Virus record (IMG/VR): IMGVR_UViG_3300043418_000226
Length of the DNA stretch: 64,000 nt
Direction: 5' to 3' (one strand)
Source: a virus
Taxonomy: Duplodnaviria > Heunggongvirae > Uroviricota > Caudoviricetes
Shown in pieces: positions 32,246-40,902 of this stretch. Each line of letters opens with the position of its first letter. The first letter of the stretch is position 1. The notes beneath the pieces are model-generated. The model saw only the letters and a program-made list of their open reading frames with translations. It was not told the origin of the DNA and did no database searches. The position numbers and the translations under genes were made by a program.

Positions 32246-34557
32246 CGTGGCAAGACGTTCCTGAAAATTTTACACCTGAGAAAATCAGAAGAGTAAAGTC
32301 ATACTTTCAAGAAAAATATAAATCTAAGAATGTACAAGTGATAACAAAAACATTATCACAAGTGCAAGACACGAGATTAAAATCATTGGAAGTATCGGAC
32401 AATATCCTTGACCAAGAATACCAAAAAACATTAATGAAAGATTTCATCAAAGAAAATGAAATTAACATTAAGTGGGAACTTGTTGATAGATTAGACAGTA
32501 AAGTAAATGCTCAGATTGACAAACTTAACGAAAATAAAGTTCGTTATAATAAGTGGTCAATTAAAAAAATTAGTTTCTCAAATTTTCTATCATTCGGTGA
32601 AGATAACGTTATTGACTTCACTAATTTAGACGGTATTACCGTTGTTGAATCCACACCCAAAAACTTTGGAGGTAAATCAACATCAACGGTGGATCTTCTA
32701 ATGTTCCTATTTTTCAATTCAACAACCAAAACTAAGACTAACTCTGAAATCTTTAACAGATTTACGGATAAAGATGAGGTTAGTGTTACTGGTGAGATTA
32801 CAATTGACGGAGACGATTATGTAATTGAAAGAAAAACATTAAGAAAGAAATCAAAATCTGGTGACTATACTGTAACCAATAAATTGGAATTCTATAAAAA
32901 GAAAGACGACGGTACAATTGAGAACTTATCCGGTGAACAAAGAAGAGAAACCGAAGCGTTTATCGCATCGGCAATTGGAACCCAAGAAGATTTCTTATCT
33001 ACCATATTAACCACCGGTTATAATTTGGAGGAATTAATCGAATCTAAACCAACCGCGCGTGGACAAATTTTAACAAAGTTTTTAGGTTTAGAAAGTTTAA
33101 AAGCCAAGGAAGAAACCGCAAAAGAAATTTACAATGATTGGAGTAGAAAACTAATCTCCAACACTTATAATACTTCTCAATTAACTTTAGATAACGAAAA
33201 ATACACAACAAGCATTAACGATTCAAATGAGACAATAAAAGAGTTGAACGTTGCATTATCGGATTTTGAAAAAGAATTGAAAAGATTGGAATCAAGAAGG
33301 GATGAAGTTTTATCCTCACGTAATAATGACGTTGATAAAGAATTAATCAATACCAATCCTACATTACTTGAAAGAGAAATTGCCGATTTAGAAAAACTAA
33401 AATTAGCAAGTAAAGTTCAGTCTAATGAGATTAAAGTTGTTGAACCTTCAAAATATTACGACGAAGAAGACCATGGACAACTTAAGACGGAAATGGGAGA
33501 ACATTCCGCAAATATATCTGCATCTAAATTTGTCATCAAAGAAAAAGAAAAATTAATTACTCAATTAGTGGAAGGGGTAAACTGCCCAACATGTCATAGA
33601 CCGTTAGACCAAGTTGACCACACTGATGAAATAAATTCTTTGAAGAAAGAGGTTGAAAATTTACAAACGGAAATCGATAAGGACGAAATCACTTTAGGTA
33701 AATTAAAAACAAAATCTGATGAATTCGATACCTTGAAAACAGAATTTGACGTTTACGAAAGAAACAAACTTCGTAAAGAAAGATACGAATTAGAGGTTGA
33801 ACAAAAACAATTAGATATTAATATTAAACAACTACGTTTAGATAGATACGAAGATAATAAAAAGAAACTTGAAGAAAATCAGAAGATTGATGCTGAGGTA
33901 ATGGCGTTGAGAACTAAGTTAGAAACCGTAAATGGTGACATTAGACAATCAACCACCAACATTGAAAAACATGTAGGGAACATTGCAAACATGAAAGAGA
34001 AGATTTCTATCAATGAAGATTTAATGAAGAAAATTAAATCGGAAGAAGAATTATTGGCCGTGTTTAAAATCTACCTTACAATTTACGGTAAAAATGGTAT
34101 CTCTAAAGTTATTCTTAAAAATATGGTTCCACTGATTAATCAGGAATTATATCGTTTATTAGTTGATAGTTGTCACTTTATTTTAGAGATGAATATTAAC
34201 GATAGAAACGAAGTTGAGTTCGTAATGATTGATACGGAAACGAGAGTAATAAAACCTTTAAATTCAGGTTCAGGTTACGAAAGAACGATATCGTCATTGG
34301 CACTTAGAAGTGTATTGACCAAGATTTCATCTTTACCAAAACCAAACATTGTTGTAATGGATGAGGTGTTTGGTAAAATTGCCGATGAAAATTTAGAAAT
34401 GGTTGGTGAATTTTTCAAAAAAATTAAGAATTACTTCGAACATATCTTCGTTATATCACATAATTCTTTAATACGTAACTGGTCGGATAACCTTTTTATG
34501 GTTAAAAAAGAAGAAAATGTATCATCTATCGATTATATTACCACAAAAATTTCTTAG
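32215..34557 (+). CDS. Rad50/SbcC-like ATPase with extra N-terminal domain
   Basis: WSIKKISFSNFLSFG begins about aa 114; Walker A TPKNFGGKST; zinc hook CPTC; signature GSGYER; Walker B VVMDEVFG; H-loop VISH. Confidence 0.92.
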   Translation: MSQTNPFIKVTWQDVPENFTPEKIRRVKSYFQEKYKSKNVQVITKTLSQVQDTRLKSLEVSDNILDQEYQKTLMKDFIKENEINIKWELVDRLDSKVNAQIDKLNENKVRYNKWSIKKISFSNFLSFGEDNVIDFTNLDGITVVESTPKNFGGKSTSTVDLLMFLFFNSTTKTKTNSEIFNRFTDKDEVSVTGEITIDGDDYVIERKTLRKKSKSGDYTVTNKLEFYKKKDDGTIENLSGEQRRETEAFIASAIGTQEDFLSTILTTGYNLEELIESKPTARGQILTKFLGLESLKAKEETAKEIYNDWSRKLISNTYNTSQLTLDNEKYTTSINDSNETIKELNVALSDFEKELKRLESRRDEVLSSRNNDVDKELINTNPTLLEREIADLEKLKLASKVQSNEIKVVEPSKYYDEEDHGQLKTEMGEHSANISASKFVIKEKEKLITQLVEGVNCPTCHRPLDQVDHTDEINSLKKEVENLQTEIDKDEITLGKLKTKSDEFDTLKTEFDVYERNKLRKERYELEVEQKQLDINIKQLRLDRYEDNKKKLEENQKIDAEVMALRTKLETVNGDIRQSTTNIEKHVGNIANMKEKISINEDLMKKIKSEEELLAVFKIYLTIYGKNGISKVILKNMVPLINQELYRLLVDSCHFILEMNINDRNEVEFVMIDTETRVIKPLNSGSGYERTISSLALRSVLTKISSLPKPNIVVMDEVFGKIADENLEMVGEFFKKIKNYFEHIFVISHNSLIRNWSDNLFMVKKEENVSSIDYITTKIS

Positions 34558-34573
34558 TTTAAAAATAATCACA

Positions 34574-34581
34574 TATATTTG
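34574..34581 (+). promoter_or_regulatory. Bacteroidota-type -7 promoter box (TAnnTTTG)
   Basis: TATATTTG 20 nt upstream of clpP. Degenerate TAnnTT(N) boxes after T-rich tracts precede other non-structural genes (about 31318, 37129, 43199, 43689, 45676). Confidence 0.55.
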
Positions 34582-34601
34582 TACCATAAAATAAATTAAT
34601 T

Positions 34602-35273
34602 ATGACACCAAACGATTACAAAGGTTTCGGTCTTTTTGCTAAAGACCATGGTATTAGTTCGTTGAACTTAGATTACCACATGAAAAAAATTGAAAGTAGT
34701 ATGACACCATATGTTCTTGAAGAAAGACAAATGAATGTCACACAAATTGATGTGTTCTCTCGTTTAATGCTTGAAAGGATTATTTGGGTTGCCGGCGAAG
34801 TCAATGACCACATGTCTACCGTTGTTCAAGCTCAATTAATGTTCTTGGATAGTTTAGATAACAATGACATCACGATGCATATCGATAGTCCGGGCGGTTC
34901 AGTTAAGTCAGGACTTTCAATGGTTGATGTTATGGATTACATTAAATCAGATATTAGAACAATTAACACGGGTATGGCGGCATCGATGGGGTCTGTACTG
35001 TTAGGTGCGGGAACCAAAGGTAAACGAGGGTCTTTAAGATTCTCACGTACCATGTTACACCAATCAAGCGGTGGATTTAGAGGTAACATCCAAGACGCCA
35101 AAATCGACATGATTGAATGGGAGAAATTAAATAACACATTATTTGAACTTTTGGGTGATTATTGTGGTAAAACTGCGGAAACAGTTAAAAATGACGCATC
35201 GAGAGATTTATGGTTATCGTCAGACGACGCATTGGCGTATGGTATCATTGACGAAATAGTTAAGAAAAAATAA
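34602..35273 (+). CDS. clpP: ATP-dependent Clp protease proteolytic subunit
   Basis: DVFSRL..ERII, IDSPGGSV, catalytic AASMG, MLHQ, RDLWLS...YGIIDEI. Confidence 0.95.
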   Translation: MTPNDYKGFGLFAKDHGISSLNLDYHMKKIESSMTPYVLEERQMNVTQIDVFSRLMLERIIWVAGEVNDHMSTVVQAQLMFLDSLDNNDITMHIDSPGGSVKSGLSMVDVMDYIKSDIRTINTGMAASMGSVLLGAGTKGKRGSLRFSRTMLHQSSGGFRGNIQDAKIDMIEWEKLNNTLFELLGDYCGKTAETVKNDASRDLWLSSDDALAYGIIDEIVKKK

Positions 35274-35321
35274 GATTTGGTTGATTCTTGTTTGTCTTTA
35301 TATTTATAATAAAAACTAAAT

Positions 35322-35657
35322 ATGAAAACAAACAAGACTACAATCCTATTAGTTTTGATTGCTTGTTTAGCGGCGTATATTATTTTTCAGAACCAAGGTA
35401 TTAAAACTGACGTGGAAGGATATAATGCAAAAATCGATTCAATTCAACACGAAGTTGATTCGGTTTACACCGTAAACAAAGAAATAGACAATCAAATCGA
35501 AAAAGTTGATAATCGTATTATTAACGTCGATAAAGACGTTGAAAATGTGACTAAAAACATAACTATTATTAAAAACAGCACAGATGAAAAAGTTAATACT
35601 ATTACCACTATTGGTAATGTTGAGCTTGAGCAGTTATTCTCAAACAGATACAACTAA
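35322..35657 (+). CDS. Membrane-anchored coiled-coil protein (i-spanin-like)
   Basis: N-terminal TM segment then heptad coiled coil; TATTTAT upstream; 3' end overlaps the next gene by 74 nt. Confidence 0.5.
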   Translation: MKTNKTTILLVLIACLAAYIIFQNQGIKTDVEGYNAKIDSIQHEVDSVYTVNKEIDNQIEKVDNRIINVDKDVENVTKNITIIKNSTDEKVNTITTIGNVELEQLFSNRYN

Positions 35658-36000
35658 ACAGGACACAACTAAGGTAATATTACCAACAAGGGTGGCTAGA
35701 TTAGCTTTCCAAGATTTACTTCGTTATGACGGCACAAAATTGGAGATTGTTGAGTTGAATAAAGTTATTGGATTAAAAGACCAACAAATTACTTTATACA
35801 AAGAAAAAGACACTCTTAAAACCCAAAAAATTGGTAATTTAGAGTTAATCATTACAAAAAAAGACCAACAATTTGATTTAGAAAGAGAGAAATCGGAAAG
35901 TTTATTAAAAGAACTTAAATCTCAAAGAATGAAAACATTTCTTTATAAAATTGGTTCATTCGTTGCGGTGATATCGACATCTTTATTATTATTAAAGTAA
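35584..36000 (+). CDS. Secreted coiled-coil protein with C-terminal membrane anchor (lysis-accessory candidate)
   Basis: Signal peptide MKKLILLPLLVMLSLSSYS|Q (Gln after cleavage, typical of Bacteroidota), coiled coil, hydrophobic C-terminus. Confidence 0.5.
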   Translation: MKKLILLPLLVMLSLSSYSQTDTTKQDTTKVILPTRVARLAFQDLLRYDGTKLEIVELNKVIGLKDQQITLYKEKDTLKTQKIGNLELIITKKDQQFDLEREKSESLLKELKSQRMKTFLYKIGSFVAVISTSLLLLK

Positions 36001-36636
36001 ATGAAAAAATATCTTGATATTCGTAATGTCGTTATATTAATATTATTGGTAATTGCCCTTTTGGAGTTTGTTAACCCAAAAGGGTTAATACCAAACAGAA
36101 CAGTATACGTTCCAAAAATTGACTCAATACCATATGCCGTACATGATACCATTCCGGTTGATAGTTTAGTAGAAGTTGAAGTTCCGATAGAAGTTGAGGT
36201 CCCTTATGAAGTTAAAGTACCCACATATATTGCTGTTGACACAAATAACATTTTGAAAATGTATTATGTTAAAATACCATATAAAGATGTTTTAACGTTA
36301 CCTAATAACCTCGGGACAGTTTCAATAACTGATACAATATCACAAAATAAGGTTACCAATAGAAAATTTGTTAGTAACATCAAACAAAAAATAGTTAGAG
36401 ACACAATATATCAAAAAGAACCATTTAAAACACAATTTTTTTATGGATTTGATGGTGGATTTAATAAAGATAACGTCGTTTCCCATCTTGGATTGGGTAT
36501 GATTCTTAAAACAAAAGACGACAAGTTATTCCATTTAGGTATCGGTGTTGCAAATAGATTAATTGACAACACAAATGGAACATTTATTCCATATCTTAAT
36601 GGAGGTGTTTATTGGAAAATTGGAAAAAAGAAATAG
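36001..36636 (+). CDS. Membrane protein with C-terminal amphipathic beta-strands
   Basis: N-terminal TM; HDTI/RDTI motifs; terminal YLNGGVYWKI resembles an outer-membrane beta-signal. Confidence 0.5.
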   Translation: MKKYLDIRNVVILILLVIALLEFVNPKGLIPNRTVYVPKIDSIPYAVHDTIPVDSLVEVEVPIEVEVPYEVKVPTYIAVDTNNILKMYYVKIPYKDVLTLPNNLGTVSITDTISQNKVTNRKFVSNIKQKIVRDTIYQKEPFKTQFFYGFDGGFNKDNVVSHLGLGMILKTKDDKLFHLGIGVANRLIDNTNGTFIPYLNGGVYWKIGKKK

Positions 36637-36662
36637 TTTTAACCCTTTACTAGCGTTCTAGT

Positions 36663-37106
36663 ATGAAAACATTTATATTATTTTTATTCGGTATGTTTGA
36701 AGACCATGAAGACATTGAGTTCTTCTGTACTGAAATATTAGGTGATACCCCATCTATCAATAAGGTTAGGTACGTGATTGAAAATTCACAAAACGTAATT
36801 GTAATTTTCGATTCCGAAGAAGACCATAAAACCCTATCAACTGAACTTTTTTCAGTATTATCAGATGACAATATCAAGTTTTACTTTATATTCGATCGAG
36901 ATAGTTTAGTAACCGCACACCTACCAAAGGAAGTGAGAGATTTTATTTTTAAACCAGCAACTAAAGATAAAATTCTAAGTATTGAATATCAAAAAACAGA
37001 CAATCCAATATTGGATTTAGACCAACTTTTAGAAAAAATCAAAAAAAAGGGAATAGATAGTCTTACCCCCGAAGAAAAAAACTTCTTAGATAATTTTGAT
37101 TATTAA
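36663..37106 (+). CDS. Hypothetical protein with C-terminal DUF6576-like motif
   Basis: LDLDQLLEKIKKKGIDSLTPEEKNFL. Confidence 0.55.
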   Translation: MKTFILFLFGMFEDHEDIEFFCTEILGDTPSINKVRYVIENSQNVIVIFDSEEDHKTLSTELFSVLSDDNIKFYFIFDRDSLVTAHLPKEVRDFIFKPATKDKILSIEYQKTDNPILDLDQLLEKIKKKGIDSLTPEEKNFLDNFDY

Positions 37107-37163
37107 GAATATTTTACTTATCTTTACCAAACAAGTCCGATTATATAATATATAAATTACACC

Positions 37164-37976
37164 ATGAAGAAATCCGTTATTATTAACACCGAGGAAATTA
37201 ACCAATACATTAAGGATATTCGTAAGATTCCGGTGATTACACACGAGAGACAAGAGGAAATTTTTATTCTATTAAAGAATAAAAAAATCACCAAAGAGGA
37301 AAAGAAAAAACTATTCGACGAATTAGTGGTTGGTAACTTAAGATTTGTTATTTCGGTTGCTAAAATGTACCAAAATCAAGGTATGGACTTACTTGATTTA
37401 GTATCCGAAGGAAATATTGGACTTATGAAAGCGGCGGAAAGATTTGACCCATCGAGTGGTTTTAAATTCATATCATATGCGGTGTGGTGGGTAAAACAAT
37501 CGATGATTGCTTCATTAAATGAAAATGCAAGAACGATACGTATCCCATCTAATTTGGTTCAAGAGTTACAAAAACAAAGGAAAACAGAGGTTAGTCCCGA
37601 GGATAATTTTTATCTAACTCAAAGTAACGATGAAAGTAATGTGAATAATTTACCGTACTGTGTCGGTTTATATAAACAAATCAATGAGGATGGGGACCAA
37701 TTAATTGATTTAATACCAAATAAAAATGCGGATAACCCCGAAGACATCTTCAACACACCAGAAGAAATAAAAAAGAAAGTGAATTCAATGTTAAGTATCT
37801 TAGATGACAGAGAAAAAGTTATCATTGAAAGATATTATGGATTGTCGGGTGTTGAATCAAACCTTGACGATTTAGGTGAGGAATTTGGTTGTACAAAAGA
37901 AAGAATAAGACAACTTAGAGATAAAGCAATAAAGAAATTAAGAAACGAAAGTTTCGGATTACTAAATTACCTATAA
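37164..37976 (+). CDS. RNA polymerase sigma-70 family factor, RpoD/RpoS-like, lacking region 1.1
   Basis: Region 1.2 INQYIKDIRKIP; region 2 NLRFVISVAK.YQNQG...EGNIGLMKAAERFD...FKFISYAVWW; region 4 TKERIRQLRDKAIKKLR. Confidence 0.95.
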   Translation: MKKSVIINTEEINQYIKDIRKIPVITHERQEEIFILLKNKKITKEEKKKLFDELVVGNLRFVISVAKMYQNQGMDLLDLVSEGNIGLMKAAERFDPSSGFKFISYAVWWVKQSMIASLNENARTIRIPSNLVQELQKQRKTEVSPEDNFYLTQSNDESNVNNLPYCVGLYKQINEDGDQLIDLIPNKNADNPEDIFNTPEEIKKKVNSMLSILDDREKVIIERYYGLSGVESNLDDLGEEFGCTKERIRQLRDKAIKKLRNESFGLLNYL

Positions 37977-37988
37977 AACAAAAAAATT

Positions 37989-38270
37989 ATGAAAAAATTT
38001 ATTCAAACTAACTTTACTAATATTGTGTTGACAATTGCGGTACTTGGACTTTTAAAAAGTTGTGGGGATGGGAGAGAATTAACTAAAATCAGAAAAGAAA
38101 TTACTGAATTGAAGGATTCAACCTACAGTAAAAAACAACTTGACATTAGATTACAAGTAGAGGGTTTAAAATCTGAAAAAAGAATGATACAATCTTCAGA
38201 TAGAAAAATTCTTGACGTTAATAGACAAACTCAGATTGACGAAGAAATTAAAAGATTAGAATCAAAATAA
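37989..38270 (+). CDS. Small lipoprotein-like coiled-coil protein (o-spanin-like)
   Basis: Hydrophobic N-terminus ending LLKSC|G, then coiled coil. Confidence 0.5.
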   Translation: MKKFIQTNFTNIVLTIAVLGLLKSCGDGRELTKIRKEITELKDSTYSKKQLDIRLQVEGLKSEKRMIQSSDRKILDVNRQTQIDEEIKRLESK

Positions 38271-38277
38271 AATATAG

Positions 38278-39288
38278 ATGAAACATTGGATTAATAAAAA
38301 TTACAAAACACTAATTGTGGCTGCGTTCTTGATTCCTATCATGACCGTTGCTGTAGTGTCGATTTCTCACGTTACTAAATGGTATGGTATATCGAATCCC
38401 ATGTCATGGTCGATTTATTTATCGGTAGGTATTGAAATTGCCGCATTGTCGGCATTAGCGGCAATATCTGCAAACATGGGTAAGAAAGTTTATTTTCCAT
38501 TTGCGGTTGTAACTATAGTACAATTTATTGGTAATATTTTCTTTGCCTATTCATATATTGACATTAACGCAAAATCATTTAAAGATTGGGTTGAATTAGT
38601 TTCTCCGATATTGGAAATTTTTGGAGTTGACCCTACCGACCCTATCGGACATAAAAGATTCTTAGCGTTTTTTGCTGGAGGTATGTTACCAATCATTTCA
38701 TTATCTTTCTTACATATGTTAGTAAAATTTACTGAAGAAGATAGAAAAAGTGAAATCATACATGACATCGATGACAAACTAAACAATAAAGTAGAAGCTT
38801 CTGAAATCATTAGTGAAGTTTCTCGTTTAAGATTATCCGATGAGGATTTAGAAATACTGTCCAAACATTTGGAAAACCCATTACCACCTAATGAGCATTT
38901 AAAAACTGCAGCTAAAAAGTATCAAGAAAAAAATAAATCAGAAGAAATAATCACACCAACACCACAAGTAATCGAGGATACTGTAAGTGAAGAAATCTAT
39001 CCAAGTTTATCTGATGAGGAGATTATGGAAATGAATCAACAGGAATATGAAAGAACTCTTGAAGTACCTGAAGATGAATTTGATGGATTTTTACCTGAAC
39101 CATTTGCAACACCCGAAGAGGTGGAAAAATACAACATTGATGAAATTGCAAAAGTTGAATCAACTGAAAACGATGAACCTATTTATCAATCTGAAACAAA
39201 AGAAATTGATGAAATTATCAATGTTGTTGACACAGCAATAGATGAGAACGAACCAACTAAAGAAGAGGAGGAAGAAAAAAAAAAGTAG
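38278..39288 (+). CDS. Four-TM membrane protein with long acidic cytoplasmic tail
   Basis: Four hydrophobic helices in aa 12-150 (S..H and IEIAAL motifs), then an E/D-rich tail ending GAA AAA AAA AAG TAG. Confidence 0.75.
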   Translation: MKHWINKNYKTLIVAAFLIPIMTVAVVSISHVTKWYGISNPMSWSIYLSVGIEIAALSALAAISANMGKKVYFPFAVVTIVQFIGNIFFAYSYIDINAKSFKDWVELVSPILEIFGVDPTDPIGHKRFLAFFAGGMLPIISLSFLHMLVKFTEEDRKSEIIHDIDDKLNNKVEASEIISEVSRLRLSDEDLEILSKHLENPLPPNEHLKTAAKKYQEKNKSEEIITPTPQVIEDTVSEEIYPSLSDEEIMEMNQQEYERTLEVPEDEFDGFLPEPFATPEEVEKYNIDEIAKVESTENDEPIYQSETKEIDEIINVVDTAIDENEPTKEEEEEKKK

Positions 39289-39575
39289 AAGACGAATATA
39301 ATTTTTCTAATGTAGGTACACATGTTCCGGTTTTTTATAAATTTGGTCCTGGTGTACCTACAGTCATGCCTGACCCCACCCCATCTCCCGAAGTTGACGA
39401 TTTATATTGGGAAAAAGATGATGTTAACCCAAATCATTTAATTTATGATTTAGAAAACGACAAAACAATTATCCCACAGTCAGAAGACGAAATGACCATA
39501 ACACCGACAAATAATTTCGGTCCACAAATTAAAGTGAGAAATGTTAGCGATACACAATATAGAAACAATCGATAG
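39279..39575 (+). other. Putative -1 frameshift site and frameshift extension of the 38278 protein
   Basis: A10G run (39275-39285) contains A_AAA_AAG; the -1 frame is open from there through the 39366-39575 ORF; GAGGAG lies upstream and hairpins downstream. Confidence 0.6.
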
Positions 39576-40158
39576 TCAGAAGTTAAACGTTAGTAAGAGA
39601 AAAACTAAAAAAACTCAAATATTACTTTTTGATACTCAAAGAAGGGTAGATGATTATGTGAACAAAATAAAACACCGTAGAAACGGTAATTATGATGATG
39701 TTCCCCATTTCATAGTTAGTAAATTAGGTATGGTTTATCAATTGTTCGATACAAACCACAACTCAAATACGTTTAATGACCCCAAAATTGACAATAGAAT
39801 GATTAAAATTGCAATTGAGAACTTAGGGTGGTTAAATAAGAATACTATCACTGGTGTCCTTAATAATTGGATTGGTGACCCATATAGGTCTGAACCACAC
39901 ATAAAAAATTGGAGAGGTTATTATTTTTGGGACAAATACAATGAAGATCAACTAAATGTATTGTCTAAATTATGTGATAAACTCTGTACGGACCATAATA
40001 TATTCAAACAAACGGTCCCATCTCAAGGATATATTGAAAAGATATCAAATTTCAAGGGGATTGTATGTAAATCCAACTTTTCAAGTATTTATACAGATAT
40101 AAACCCTTCATTCAATTTTAGGGTATTCTTTAATAATCAAAATGAAAGCGAAAACTGA
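39541..40158 (+). CDS. Amidase_2 (N-acetylmuramoyl-L-alanine amidase) fold protein, probably non-catalytic
   Basis: QILL.DT, PHFIV...G.VYQLFD, IKIAIEN.G, Y.E.Q...L..L, GIV....D.NP; the expected Zn-binding His positions read F/D and K. Confidence 0.7.
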   Translation: MLAIHNIETIDSQKLNVSKRKTKKTQILLFDTQRRVDDYVNKIKHRRNGNYDDVPHFIVSKLGMVYQLFDTNHNSNTFNDPKIDNRMIKIAIENLGWLNKNTITGVLNNWIGDPYRSEPHIKNWRGYYFWDKYNEDQLNVLSKLCDKLCTDHNIFKQTVPSQGYIEKISNFKGIVCKSNFSSIYTDINPSFNFRVFFNNQNESEN

Positions 40159-40660
40159 CTACGACGTAACCAAAAACATGTTAAAAACCATTAGAACTTT
40201 AACAGAGTCTAAATTATCTAATAAAACAATCACCGAACAATCGGAACCGATTACACCATTAATTGATAAAACCGATGAAGAAGAAAACGATAACATCACA
40301 GTAATCAACGATGTTGATGTTAAGTTAGTTTCAAAAGATGAAGCCGACATGATATTATCTGATCAACAAAAAGCTGGTATATCACAAATGATTGACGGGT
40401 TTAGACAACAGGTATCACAAATTGTAGACTTCCGTCCTGGATTCACATTAACACAAGGCCAAATTAGATTAGATGGGTCAATTACTGACTTAGATATTGA
40501 TTTTGTGTTTATTGCGGGTGAAGAGAGTGGGGTTTATATTAATGCTGACATGTTAAAATTAGAACAAGACACAGCTACTATGTTGGAAAAGTTAGCTAAA
40601 TTCGAGGAAACTTATAAAACAGCAATGGAACCATTGATAACATATAGAACAAACAACTAA
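40142..40660 (+). CDS. Hypothetical late protein (possible head-interior protein)
   Basis: TATTTAT 49 nt upstream; N-terminal MLKTIRTLTES / ITEQ motifs. Confidence 0.55.
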   Translation: MKAKTDYDVTKNMLKTIRTLTESKLSNKTITEQSEPITPLIDKTDEEENDNITVINDVDVKLVSKDEADMILSDQQKAGISQMIDGFRQQVSQIVDFRPGFTLTQGQIRLDGSITDLDIDFVFIAGEESGVYINADMLKLEQDTATMLEKLAKFEETYKTAMEPLITYRTNN

Positions 40661-40662
40661 TA

Positions 40663-40902
40663 ATGGCACTAACTGACCAAGATAAAAGAGAAATTGAAAG
40701 AATCACCAAAAAAGAAATTAAAGACTTTATGGATTCTACCCAAGCACATAGAATTGTTGTTAAAACAATTCAGGATGAGTTAGGCACAAGAAAAATTGAC
40801 GATAAAATCGTCGACTTATCAACTAAAGTTGTGGTTGAATTATTTAAAACCCTTTGGCAAAGGAAGTCATTTTGGGAAAGTTCTTTAAAATCGGTTAAAT
40901 AA
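40663..40902 (+). CDS. Small hypothetical protein
   Basis: 79-aa helical ORF coupled to both neighbours. Confidence 0.6.
   Translation: MALTDQDKREIERITKKEIKDFMDSTQAHRIVVKTIQDELGTRKIDDKIVDLSTKVVVELFKTLWQRKSFWESSLKSVK

Noticed and set aside
39286-39288. Stop-codon reassignment (TAG readthrough) as in some large phages
   Set aside because: Genes are intact under the standard code; TAG ends Rad50 (34557) and 36636 normally; readthrough at 39288 meets another TAG after 8 codons.
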